This document shows positions 28,627 to 37,804 of a stretch of 64,000 nucleotides of DNA, piece after piece. How positions within the stretch are numbered: the stretch's first letter is position 1; each line of letters opens with the position of its first letter. Below the pieces are notes generated by a model. The model had not been told where the DNA came from, did not search any database, and saw only the letters and a list, made by a program, of their open reading frames with translations. A program made the translations under genes and the position numbers. The stretch is from positions 320 through 64,319 of the forward strand of contig JABFSE010000016.1 in NCBI GenBank assembly GCA_013140765.1, read 5' to 3'. Source of the stretch: Sulfuriferula sp. GTDB lineage: Bacteria; Pseudomonadota; Gammaproteobacteria; Burkholderiales; Sulfuriferulaceae.

Positions 28627-28643
28627 TTTTGTCCTAGACAAAA
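28627..28643. promoter_or_regulatory. Palindromic operator candidate, site 3
   Basis: TTTTGTC-CTA-GACAAAA, with 16 bp identical to site 1. Confidence 0.78.
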
Positions 28644-28663
28644 AACTATATCACTTACATAAT
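28635..28663 (+). promoter_or_regulatory. sigma70 promoter for SDR-DUF3429
   Basis: TAGACA (inside the operator)-17 nt-CATAAT. Confidence 0.6.
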
Positions 28664-28673
28664 CAGTTCTCAA
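28645..28673 (-). promoter_or_regulatory. sigma70 promoter for DUF2256-photolyase-BLUF
   Basis: Minus strand TTGAGA-17 nt-TATAGT. The predicted start site falls inside the operator. Confidence 0.65.
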
Positions 28674-28695
28674 TCTTTATTTATGGACATCAAAC

Positions 28696-29436
28696 ATGCC
28701 AAAAATTGCGTTAGTTACAGGGGCAACAGGCGGATTAGGTCAAGCTATCGCACACCAACTAAATGACGAAGATTGGTTGCTAGTGGTCACAAGCCGAGAT
28801 CAAGAAAAATTAACACAAACGTATGGCACCCAACACCTGCAAATTGTCGCAGACTGCTCAACCTATCAAGGTGCGCGCGATATTTTTGAAGCCACACGAG
28901 CCGCAGGACTCACACCCACCGCATTAGCACATTGCGTCGGCAACGTCAGACTGGGCGCGTTACATAGAATGTCAGAAAAGGACTTTAATGAATGCCTCAG
29001 CGCAAATCTAATCAGCGCGTTTCACACACTGGCGGCGTTTATCGGGCAATTACGCGAAGCCGATACACCAGGTTCGGCGGTATTAGTTTCATCCGCCGCT
29101 GCCCGCATCGGCACACCCAATCATGAAGCAGTTTCAGCCGCAAAAGCAGGCTTAGAAGGGCTGGTGCGTGGCAGTGCGGCAACGGCTGCGACCGCTGGCA
29201 TCCGTGTCAATGCAGTCGCACCTGGCATCATGGATAGCCCCGCCGCAAACAAGGTGCTGGCAAGTGCCAATGCGCGAATTGCCGCAGCCAACCAATATCC
29301 ACTCCCAGGCATAGGCAATACTAAAGAAGTGGCCGATTTGATGTGCTGGCTATTATCAGAAAACGCTGCCCGCGTCACAGGACAAACGTGGGCGATTGAT
29401 GCAGGTTTTTCAGTTATCAGACCACTTGTGAGGTAA
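28696..29436 (+). CDS. Atypical SDR-family oxidoreductase
   Basis: TGATGGLG, VSSAAA, PNHEAVSAAK (no catalytic Tyr), RVNAVAPG, VTGQ. Confidence 0.85.
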   Translation: MPKIALVTGATGGLGQAIAHQLNDEDWLLVVTSRDQEKLTQTYGTQHLQIVADCSTYQGARDIFEATRAAGLTPTALAHCVGNVRLGALHRMSEKDFNECLSANLISAFHTLAAFIGQLREADTPGSAVLVSSAAARIGTPNHEAVSAAKAGLEGLVRGSAATAATAGIRVNAVAPGIMDSPAANKVLASANARIAAANQYPLPGIGNTKEVADLMCWLLSENAARVTGQTWAIDAGFSVIRPLVR

Positions 29437-29441
29437 ACGCA

Positions 29442-29888
29442 ATGAGCGCACAAAATACAGCACCCACAGCCGTCAAATGGCTCAGTTATGGCGGGCTTAT
29501 TCCATTCATCGTACTAGCAACTGCGATAACGCTAAGTCATTATCATCATGCTATATTGGGTTATGCTTTAATGACTTATAGCGTCAGCATTTTGAGTTTT
29601 GTCGGTGCGTTACATTGGGGGTTTGCGATGAATACGCACACGCTTACGCCACTACAACGGAATTTATTATATACATGGAGCACAATACCTGCACTAATTG
29701 CCTGGCTTGCCACATTGTTACCGTTACACCTAGGGTTGATTTTATTACTGAGCACATTTCCAGTGCAATTCTGGCAAGACAAACTACTGAATGCGCATAT
29801 AGCACTCCCTGACTGGTACTTACACTTACGCCTGAGACTAACACTGATTGCCAGTTTGGCTCTATTTATTGCTACGCTAAAACTGTAA
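29442..29888 (+). CDS. DUF3429 family membrane protein
   Basis: LSYGGLIPF, YSVSILSFVGALHWG, PDWYLHLRLRLT. Confidence 0.8.
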   Translation: MSAQNTAPTAVKWLSYGGLIPFIVLATAITLSHYHHAILGYALMTYSVSILSFVGALHWGFAMNTHTLTPLQRNLLYTWSTIPALIAWLATLLPLHLGLILLLSTFPVQFWQDKLLNAHIALPDWYLHLRLRLTLIASLALFIATLKL

Positions 29889-29896
29889 ATATCAAT

Positions 29897-29928
29897 AAAA
29901 AAGGGTGCGAATAAATCGCACCCTTTTT
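29897..29928. terminator. Bidirectional intrinsic terminator
   Basis: AAAAAAGGGTGCGA-ATAAA-TCGCACCCTTTTT between convergent genes. Confidence 0.9.
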
Positions 29929-29944
29929 CAATTCAAGCGACTAA

Positions 29945-30148
29945 TTAAGAAGCTTGGATGTTTGAAGCTTGTTTGCCTTTAGGACCTTGCGATACTTCAA
30001 AGCTAACTTTTTGACCTTCTTTAAGTGTTTTGAAACCACCCATGTTGATTGCAGAGAAGTGTGCAAACAAATCTTCGCTACCATCATCAGGAGTAATAAA
30101 GCCAAAACCTTTAGAATCGTTGAACCATTTAACTGTGCCAGTTGCCAT
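29945..30148 (-). CDS. Cold-shock domain protein (CspA/CspD family)
   Basis: [18 protein letters not shown]...LFAHFSAI (RNP1/RNP2). Divergent from clpS. Confidence 0.96.
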   Translation of the reverse strand: MATGTVKWFNDSKGFGFITPDDGSEDLFAHFSAINMGGFKTLKEGQKVSFEVSQGPKGKQASNIQAS

Positions 30149-30393
30149 TGCTACATTCCTTGATAAAAAATACGCCAAAAACGGCTAATGGATTATTTGA
30201 GAACCAAGATTGCACAACGGCAATACCAGACTTGCTTAAACCTTGATACCAAACTCCAGCACACTTTTTACGCTAGATAATCTTACTTGGCAAGCATTTT
30301 ATATTTTTTTTACTATTTTTTAATCTATGCTTGAATAATTCACACAAAAGCTCAAAATAAAGCCTTAGTAAATTTATCGTGTAATCGCACCAG

Positions 30394-30702
30394 ATGGCAA
30401 TAAAACACAGAGAACATACCGTATTAGCACCTAGCAAGGCGAAATTAAAATCGCCACCCATGTATAAAGTGCTGTTGCTAAATGACGATTACACACCTAT
30501 GGATTTCGTAGTGCATGTATTGCAACATTTTTTTCACAAATCATCTGAACAGGCGACACAAATTATGCTCAAAGTACATACAGAGGGGCGTGGGGTTTGT
30601 GGTTTATATACCGCTGACATGGCTGCGACTAAAGTTGCGCAAGTGTTGGCATTTGCCCGTCAGCATCAACATCCGCTGTTATGCGTGATGGAGGAAAATT
30701 AA
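30394..30702 (+). CDS. clpS: ATP-dependent Clp protease adaptor
   Basis: [34 protein letters not shown]. Confidence 0.97.
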   Translation: MAIKHREHTVLAPSKAKLKSPPMYKVLLLNDDYTPMDFVVHVLQHFFHKSSEQATQIMLKVHTEGRGVCGLYTADMAATKVAQVLAFARQHQHPLLCVMEEN

Positions 30703-32955
30703 ATGATAGCCCAAGAACTCGAAGTCAGCCTGCATTTGGCTTTTATGGATGCGCGACAAAAACGCCACGAATTCATTACCATAGAGCATTTACTCTACGC
30801 CATGCTGGATAATCCATCCGCATCCGAAGTGCTACGTGCTTGCGCTGTCAATATAGAAACACTACGCCAACAACTGAGCGATTTTATTACCGAACACACG
30901 CCCACAGTGGCAGGCACTGAAGACATAGATACCCAGCCCACACTAGGTTTTCAGCGCGTTATTCAACGTGCTATATTGCATGTACAGTCATCGGGCAAAA
31001 AAGAAGTAACAGGCGCGAATGTGCTGGTGGCATTATTCGGTGAAAAAGACGCACATGCCGTATTTTTCTTAACCCAACAAGGTTTAACGCGACTGGATAT
31101 TGTCAATTACCTATCGCATGGCACGAGCAAAACTGAGCAAAGTGAGCCGCCCGCGCCTGAAACCAGCACCAACGAAGAAACCAGCACCCCTTCGGCATTA
31201 GATAGCTATACCAGTAATTTGAATACGCAAGCACTGGCAGGCAAAATAGACCCGCTCATCGGTCGCGCCGAAGAGCTAGAACGGGTGATACAAACTTTAT
31301 GCCGTCGCCGCAAAAACAATCCGCTATTAGTCGGTGAGGCAGGTGTAGGTAAAACTGCCATTGCCGAAGGTTTGGCACGCCGCATTGTTGAGGGCGATAT
31401 TCCCGACATATTAGCGACCAGTATCGTTTACTCTCTCGATATGGGCGCATTGTTAGCGGGCACTAAATATCGCGGTGATTTCGAACAACGCCTCAAAGCG
31501 GTGCTCAAACAGCTACAAGAAAACCCACACGCCATTTTATTTATTGACGAAATCCACACCCTCATAGGGGCAGGCGCGGCATCTGGCGGCACGCTAGATG
31601 CGTCTAACCTGCTCAAGCCCGCATTATCGTCGGGGCAATTAAAGTGCATAGGTGCAACGACTTACACTGAATACCGTGGCATTTTTGAAAAAGATCACGC
31701 ACTCTCGCGTCGCTTCCAAAAAGTCGATGTCAACGAGCCTAGCGTAGAACAAACCATCGCTATTTTGCGCGGCTTAAAATCACGCTTTGAATTGCATCAC
31801 AGCGTTAAATACACCGCATCGGCACTCACCACAGCCGCTGAATTATCCGCCCGCTATATTAACGACAGGCATTTGCCCGATAAAGCCATAGACGTTATCG
31901 ACGAAGCGGGTGCGGCGCAACGTATTTTGCCGAAATCCAAGCAAAAGAAAATTATTACCAAAAAAGAAATCGAAGAAATTATCGCCAAAATCGCGCGCAT
32001 TCCGTCGAAACACGTCAATAGTGACGACAGAGATGCACTCAAGCATTTGGCACGGGATTTGAAAACAGTGGTGTTTGGTCAAGACCCAGCCATAGCAGCA
32101 CTGGCTTCCGCCATCAAAATGGCACGTAGTGGCTTGGGTAACCCACAAAAACCCATAGGCTCGTTCTTGTTCTCAGGCCCTACAGGTGTAGGTAAAACTG
32201 AAGTTGCCAAGCAACTCGCCTACACGATGGGTATCAATTTAATCCGTTTTGACATGTCCGAATACATGGAACGCCATGCCGTGTCGCGCTTAATCGGTGC
32301 GCCACCTGGTTATGTTGGCTTTGACCAAGGCGGCTTATTGACCGAAGCGATTACTAAAACGCCTTACGCAATATTATTGCTAGATGAAATCGAAAAAGCG
32401 CATCCTGATGTGTTTAACGTATTACTACAAGTCATGGATCATGGCACACTCACTGATAATAACGGGCGTAAAGCAGATTTCCGCAATGTCGTTATTATCA
32501 TGACTACCAACGCAGGCGCAGAATCTCTGAGCAAATCGTCAATAGGCTTTACGCTAGGCAAACAAGTCGGCGATGAAATGGCGGAAATCAAACGCACATT
32601 TACGCCCGAATTCCGTAATCGTCTGGATGCCACCATCTCATTTGCGCCACTCTCGCAAGACATCATCTTGCGCGTAGTCGATAAATTCCTCATGCAGTTA
32701 GAAGACCAGCTCCACGAGAAAAAAGTCGATGCGCACTTCACCGACGCACTCAAGGCTTATTTGGGTAAAAAAGGCTTTGACCCACTCATGGGTGCGCGAC
32801 CTATGGCACGGTTGATACAGGACACCATACGGCGAGCACTCGCGGATGAATTGCTATTTGGTCGATTAGCCAACGGTGGCGAAGTAACGGTGGATATAGA
32901 TGAGCAAGAAGAGCTGAAATTAACGTTTACGGAAGAAGAAACACTAACTGTCTAA
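30703..32955 (+). CDS. clpA: ATP-dependent Clp protease ATP-binding subunit
   Basis: Two AAA+ modules: GEAGVGKT / FIDEIH and GPTGVGKT / LLDEIEK. Confidence 0.98.
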   Translation: MIAQELEVSLHLAFMDARQKRHEFITIEHLLYAMLDNPSASEVLRACAVNIETLRQQLSDFITEHTPTVAGTEDIDTQPTLGFQRVIQRAILHVQSSGKKEVTGANVLVALFGEKDAHAVFFLTQQGLTRLDIVNYLSHGTSKTEQSEPPAPETSTNEETSTPSALDSYTSNLNTQALAGKIDPLIGRAEELERVIQTLCRRRKNNPLLVGEAGVGKTAIAEGLARRIVEGDIPDILATSIVYSLDMGALLAGTKYRGDFEQRLKAVLKQLQENPHAILFIDEIHTLIGAGAASGGTLDASNLLKPALSSGQLKCIGATTYTEYRGIFEKDHALSRRFQKVDVNEPSVEQTIAILRGLKSRFELHHSVKYTASALTTAAELSARYINDRHLPDKAIDVIDEAGAAQRILPKSKQKKIITKKEIEEIIAKIARIPSKHVNSDDRDALKHLARDLKTVVFGQDPAIAALASAIKMARSGLGNPQKPIGSFLFSGPTGVGKTEVAKQLAYTMGINLIRFDMSEYMERHAVSRLIGAPPGYVGFDQGGLLTEAITKTPYAILLLDEIEKAHPDVFNVLLQVMDHGTLTDNNGRKADFRNVVIIMTTNAGAESLSKSSIGFTLGKQVGDEMAEIKRTFTPEFRNRLDATISFAPLSQDIILRVVDKFLMQLEDQLHEKKVDAHFTDALKAYLGKKGFDPLMGARPMARLIQDTIRRALADELLFGRLANGGEVTVDIDEQEELKLTFTEEETLTV

Positions 32956-32961
32956 AACAGC

Positions 32962-33002
32962 AAAAAAGCACGCTGACAGCGCATACTGTCAGCGTGCTTT
33001 TT
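32962..33002. terminator. Bidirectional intrinsic terminator
   Basis: AAAAAAGCACGCTGACAG-CGCATA-CTGTCAGCGTGCTTTTT. Confidence 0.9.
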
Positions 33003-33012
33003 GTATAGCGCA

Positions 33013-35253
33013 TTAACCTACATGGCAATATCCACGCGCCAGCATAATCGCGTACTCATCGGCAGGCACTGGTCGGCTATAGTAATAGCCTTGTAACACA
33101 TCACAACCGTATTTCAATAAGAAATCACGTTGCTGATAGTTTTCTACGCCTTCGGCTACCACCGACAAATTCATCGCATGGGCTAATCGTATTGTTGCCG
33201 TCACTATCGCGGCGGCATCGTCACCGTCATGCTCTAAATCTTGGGTAAAAGAACGATCTATTTTTACCGCATCAATCGGAAAACGCTTCAAATAACTCAA
33301 GCTCGAATAACCCGTACCGAAGTCATCAATAGAAATATAGATTCCCCGTTGCTTCAGCGCAGTCAATGTATCCACCGTTAATTGGGCGTTACTCATGGCG
33401 ACACTTTCCGTTATTTCCAGCTCTAGCAAATTCGCAGGAATTTTCGTGTCATCCAATACCTTATCTATCATCAATAACAAATCTGGCTGTAAAAATTGAC
33501 GCATGGATAAATTCACCGCCACTCTTTGCACAAATAAACCCTGCTCACGCCAACGCTGCATTTGTTCACAGGCTACCCGCAATGTCCACGCACCCACCGG
33601 CAATATCAAACCTATGGATTCCAACACACCGATGAATTTATCAGGCTCGACCAAGCCTTTAGTTGGATGTCGCCAACGTATCAATGCCTCACAACCCACA
33701 ATACGCTCGCTGTTCGTGCTCACCTTAGGCTGATAATATAATTCAAACTGCCCCAACGACAACGCCAAGCGCAATGCATTTTCCAACCGTAGTTGCAGTT
33801 TAGCGTTAATATCCATACTACTATTAAAGAACATAAAACCAGCATTATTCCGCTTTGCCCTATACATCGCCGTATCTGCCTGACGCATCAATTCTTGCGC
33901 CACATTCGTGCGGCTAGATTTACTCAGCTGTTGCGTCACCGTTGCGTTTAATACTGCAATCCCGATACTGCCAGAGACCACATATTCATGCCCATGCAAA
34001 TTAACAGGCGCACGCATCGTATCCAGAATTTTTTGGGCAATAGCCGCAGCCGCATCCCGCGCTTGCAAGCCTGAAATCAATACGGTAAATTCATCCCCAC
34101 CTAAACGCGCAACAAAATCCTCACTACGCACGCTTTTTTTAATGCGCTGGGCAAACTCCTGCAATACCAAATCACCCATATCGTGACCCAAGGTATCGTT
34201 AATGTTCTTGAATCTATCTAAATCCATAAACAACAAAGCAATATCATGCCCATTGCGCTGCGTTACCTCAGCCATTTTTTCTAATTGCGTCAATAACGAA
34301 TTACGGTTAAGCAGACCTGTTAAGCCATCGTGATAAGCTATATCCAAATAACGCTGTTCAGCATGACCATGTTCGGCTAATGCTGCCGCGATTAAAAAAC
34401 CAGGCACGCTGATAATGACCAACACCGTTTGCAAATGCGCAACCTCAGTGTAAGGTATCGCCATTCCCAGCCACCTCGCCTCGCCCAATGTCAAGGCAAC
34501 AGCAATAGAGGCCGACGTTAATACCGTCATTGCCACGCCAAAACCACCTAAACGCAACGCCGCCCACACCACGAATGGAAATAATAAATGAAACTGCGGA
34601 TCAAAATTACGTAGCCCATACCACTGCAAATGCGGCAACACCACGACCAATATCATCAACAACAATAACAACATTGTTTCCGTAATTTGTTCACGCGTAG
34701 GCCTAGCCGCATAACAGGCATAAAACAGCATAATGGCGGGCGCAACCACTAAATTACCCACCATATCACCCAACCACCACACACCTAACGCGCTATATCC
34801 ACTTGAACTCGGCATATCGCCACTCACAATTAGCGCGACCACGCCTATGCCAGCAGCTAACAAGGCAGCCGCAGGTGCCGCCAGCATAGTCAGCTTAACC
34901 ACATCACTGATAGTATCTAATTGCGGACGAAACGTTTTATAGCTATTCAATAACAACCAAGCCAGCAAAGCAGCTAGGCTATCACCCACACCAAAAATAC
35001 TCGCCACGGGCAACGATAATGTAGCCACATTAGCCAGTAATTCACCGACAAAAATACCAGGCCAATAACGCCGCCCAAACAACACCAGCACCGCAATACT
35101 CGCACCACTGGCAGGCCAAATAGCACTGACATTGCCATGCACAAAAGGCGCTATCCACAAACCAAATTTTGCCAAACCTAGGTTAATTAGCGCAAACGCA
35201 ACCACCCCCCACCAATAGCGAGGCTGATGCAAATAGGCTGGTAAGCGCATCAT
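33013..35253 (-). CDS. MASE1-GGDEF-EAL c-di-GMP enzyme
   Basis: MASE1-like SAIWPASG...WPG membrane region, GGDEF with RxxD I-site (RSED), EAL and DDFGTGYSS intact. Start 35253 or 35250 (track 35265). Confidence 0.92.
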   Translation of the reverse strand: MMRLPAYLHQPRYWWGVVAFALINLGLAKFGLWIAPFVHGNVSAIWPASGASIAVLVLFGRRYWPGIFVGELLANVATLSLPVASIFGVGDSLAALLAWLLLNSYKTFRPQLDTISDVVKLTMLAAPAAALLAAGIGVVALIVSGDMPSSSGYSALGVWWLGDMVGNLVVAPAIMLFYACYAARPTREQITETMLLLLLMILVVVLPHLQWYGLRNFDPQFHLLFPFVVWAALRLGGFGVAMTVLTSASIAVALTLGEARWLGMAIPYTEVAHLQTVLVIISVPGFLIAAALAEHGHAEQRYLDIAYHDGLTGLLNRNSLLTQLEKMAEVTQRNGHDIALLFMDLDRFKNINDTLGHDMGDLVLQEFAQRIKKSVRSEDFVARLGGDEFTVLISGLQARDAAAAIAQKILDTMRAPVNLHGHEYVVSGSIGIAVLNATVTQQLSKSSRTNVAQELMRQADTAMYRAKRNNAGFMFFNSSMDINAKLQLRLENALRLALSLGQFELYYQPKVSTNSERIVGCEALIRWRHPTKGLVEPDKFIGVLESIGLILPVGAWTLRVACEQMQRWREQGLFVQRVAVNLSMRQFLQPDLLLMIDKVLDDTKIPANLLELEITESVAMSNAQLTVDTLTALKQRGIYISIDDFGTGYSSLSYLKRFPIDAVKIDRSFTQDLEHDGDDAAAIVTATIRLAHAMNLSVVAEGVENYQQRDFLLKYGCDVLQGYYYSRPVPADEYAIMLARGYCHVG

Positions 35254-35265
35254 TGCCAATATCAA

Positions 35266-35520
35266 CTAAGCAACATCGGCCTGTGCAATATGCGCCTGCA
35301 CTGCACTTAACGCATCTTGCAAAGTATCTTCACTCAATTCATTCAGCGACTCAGCCAATACTTCAGCCGCATTCAGGCTGGTTTCTGGCAATTTCGCACT
35401 GTCCATTTCAGCGACGAATACTGCCGCCGCACCGCTCACGCGTAGCAAACTATCGCGCTCGCGCATTAACATTTCAACCTCGTTACGCAGCATTGCAACT
35501 TCTTGTTGTGTTTGTGGCAT
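35266..35520 (-). CDS. Hypothetical acidic helical protein, 84 aa
   Basis: AAGGA RBS and tight spacing to both neighbours. No family recognised. Confidence 0.75.
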   Translation of the reverse strand: MPQTQQEVAMLRNEVEMLMRERDSLLRVSGAAAVFVAEMDSAKLPETSLNAAEVLAESLNELSEDTLQDALSAVQAHIAQADVA

Positions 35521-35538
35521 GTTGTTATCCTTATAAAA

Positions 35539-36654
35539 TCAGGTAAATAAAGTTAATACGCCCGTATAACCATACAAGCGATTATGTGAAATCTCGCCAT
35601 TGGCAAAGAACCCGACCAAGGGCACATCGCCCAAGACTTGTTGTATCAAGGCTAATTCGGCAGACTTAGCACCGAATAAACTTTCGCCCCGACCCAAGCA
35701 TGAATAATACACCGCACCACGTGGTCGTGCTGTTAAACGTGACTGCACGTCTGCCAGCATCGCTAACATATCCGCCTCTGCCGCAACCGCATCTCGTCGG
35801 CAAAACAACACCTCGGCCGCAGGTGGTATCACCTCACTAATCGCCACCAATCTATCCGTGGTATCCGCGCCGATTAAATTACGCACCAAATAATCACGAC
35901 TATCACAACCGGGGATGCTCAACGCCGCAAAAATATAACCCGCCGCACGACTCAAATCACGCGACAAAATCTCACCTATATCTTCGTACAACACATCTAA
36001 TGCAGGACGACCATCTAGCGTAATCAATATATTTTCCTGACTAGCCGTGACAACATGACGCGGGCCTATCGGCGTAACCCCTTGCGTCAAGCGAGTCACC
36101 ACGGCGACCGCCTCAGTAAACATCACCCCAGACAAGCCACCATGCACCACCTCATCCGCCACCTGCAACGACTGAAACCGCGAGCTACTTATACCACCCG
36201 TAATAAACCCAGTTACCATGCCCGCCGCTGTCGCTGTAATCAACTCAGGAATCTCGGCATTACGCGCATCGCCATGCACCAACGCGTAATAGGCAGGCTG
36301 TCCATGCACGGTAAATCCATCCAAATCTACAGCGACGCGATCCTCCTCCGTGACGGGCACAAATACCCGAAACGCATGTTCAGGAAATTCGCCCAACATC
36401 ACCACGACCGCCGATTCATCGAGATACTCATGCCCCGTCACGCACACGCCTATCCCTACCGAACCGACCCAATGCGCGACACCAGTCTGCTCACGCAACT
36501 GTGCCAGCATATCGCTCAAGCGATTCGCGTATAAATCAGTCACATAAATAAAGCCCAGATTTGCCGCCGCCGACACAGGTTGCAATTGCCGCACGCAATC
36601 CTGCACCGCCTCCATCCATTGCCCGATATTTGAGTGCGCATAGCCGAATGCCAT
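35539..36654 (-). CDS. FIST-N/FIST-C domain sensory protein
   Basis: GSVGIGVC, GGISS, TQGVTPIG, DYLVRNLIG, YYSCLGRG, GFFANGEI. Start MAFG at 36654. Confidence 0.88.
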   Translation of the reverse strand: MAFGYAHSNIGQWMEAVQDCVRQLQPVSAAANLGFIYVTDLYANRLSDMLAQLREQTGVAHWVGSVGIGVCVTGHEYLDESAVVVMLGEFPEHAFRVFVPVTEEDRVAVDLDGFTVHGQPAYYALVHGDARNAEIPELITATAAGMVTGFITGGISSSRFQSLQVADEVVHGGLSGVMFTEAVAVVTRLTQGVTPIGPRHVVTASQENILITLDGRPALDVLYEDIGEILSRDLSRAAGYIFAALSIPGCDSRDYLVRNLIGADTTDRLVAISEVIPPAAEVLFCRRDAVAAEADMLAMLADVQSRLTARPRGAVYYSCLGRGESLFGAKSAELALIQQVLGDVPLVGFFANGEISHNRLYGYTGVLTLFT

Positions 36655-36656
36655 AT

Positions 36657-37331
36657 TTATGCCGTCCTTGTCCAATTCGCATCTAACACCTTACGCATAC
36701 GCGCCGCCGCTTGCGGGCTGACACCAGGCACTTGCGCCAAGGTCTCAACATCTGCCGCAAACACGGCCGCCGCACCACCCAAATGATTCAACAATGCCTT
36801 TGCCATCGCCTCATTCACACCAGGCAAACCTTCGACCAAATAACGCTGACCATTCATAGGGTCAAACGGCTTACCATTACGCATCACCACAGGATGCCCC
36901 ATGCCGTGCTGTGCCTGATGCGCCATGGTATAAACAATTTCAGCGGTAAAGCCTGCACTAGGGCTAGGCACCAAAGGCACGCCTTGCATCACCGTCAACC
37001 ACGCGATTGCCTCGCGTATTGCCATCGGGTCAGTATGAAAACGCCCACCATAAATATCGCCTTCGACAATATAAATCACTTGGTCATAACTGGATTTGAG
37101 CTTGCCGACCTCGCTCATTAAACGCTTATCCATAATCGCCAAACTAAAATCTGTCGCCGACTTACGCTCCACCACCACGCCAGTCCCTAAATCGTAATCA
37201 CCACTATCCAACTCCGCCAACTGCAATGACAAACCCTTACAACTAGCAGGATAATCATGCCAATGTTGCAACACTGCCGATTTTTGTTCACGCGGATGAT
37301 AAGTAATCGTTGTTATTGCATCAGCCATCAT
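36657..37331 (-). CDS. ERCC4/XPF-type nuclease with tandem helix-hairpin-helix domain
   Basis: GDY-x8-ERKSATD catalytic motif, YIVEG, and C-terminal LPGV...VPGV (HhH)2. Confidence 0.85.
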   Translation of the reverse strand: MMADAITTITYHPREQKSAVLQHWHDYPASCKGLSLQLAELDSGDYDLGTGVVVERKSATDFSLAIMDKRLMSEVGKLKSSYDQVIYIVEGDIYGGRFHTDPMAIREAIAWLTVMQGVPLVPSPSAGFTAEIVYTMAHQAQHGMGHPVVMRNGKPFDPMNGQRYLVEGLPGVNEAMAKALLNHLGGAAAVFAADVETLAQVPGVSPQAAARMRKVLDANWTRTA

Positions 37332-37380
37332 CTATATACTCATTATTAAGTTAAAATTTCATTTTACGGAGTTACCCGCC

Positions 37381-37752
37381 ATGCGCCTATCGCTATTTAT
37401 ATTTACCCTGTTATCCATTAACGCACTCGCCGACACCGACCTCACAGGTACGCCTGTAGAATGGCGAGGTCAAATCACCCAACAATACCGCGCAGGCGAC
37501 GACACCTGCTTTGAATTAACGCGTAACACCCAACCACGCAACTTCACCACCTGCGTCTATGGCTATTATGATGCCACGCAATACGGCGCAGGCAAATGGT
37601 TAAACGTTGCGGGCTTATTAGCCGCCAACAGCACCCGCATTAGCGCGGCGCAAATCACCCTCACCGACGCACCATTACCCGCATACAGAGCCCCCATGGG
37701 CTATGGTTACCCACGTTATTACCAATACGACCCATTCTATCGCTATTACTAA
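37381..37752 (+). CDS. Slp-like exported protein
   Basis: Signal peptide, VEWRGQI...TCFE, GYYDATQYGAGKWLNVAG, aromatic Y/P-rich tail. No lipobox Cys. Confidence 0.5.
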   Translation: MRLSLFIFTLLSINALADTDLTGTPVEWRGQITQQYRAGDDTCFELTRNTQPRNFTTCVYGYYDATQYGAGKWLNVAGLLAANSTRISAAQITLTDAPLPAYRAPMGYGYPRYYQYDPFYRYY

Positions 37753-37804
37753 TCCAGCACATTTGCGGTATCCTTAGCCGTTTGTTAATACACGTTTGCA
37801 CATC

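Noticed and set aside
19947-29888. Cobalamin riboswitch or carotenoid genes associated with the CarH-like regulator
   Set aside because: No B12-box-like sequence and no crt genes recognised in the window.
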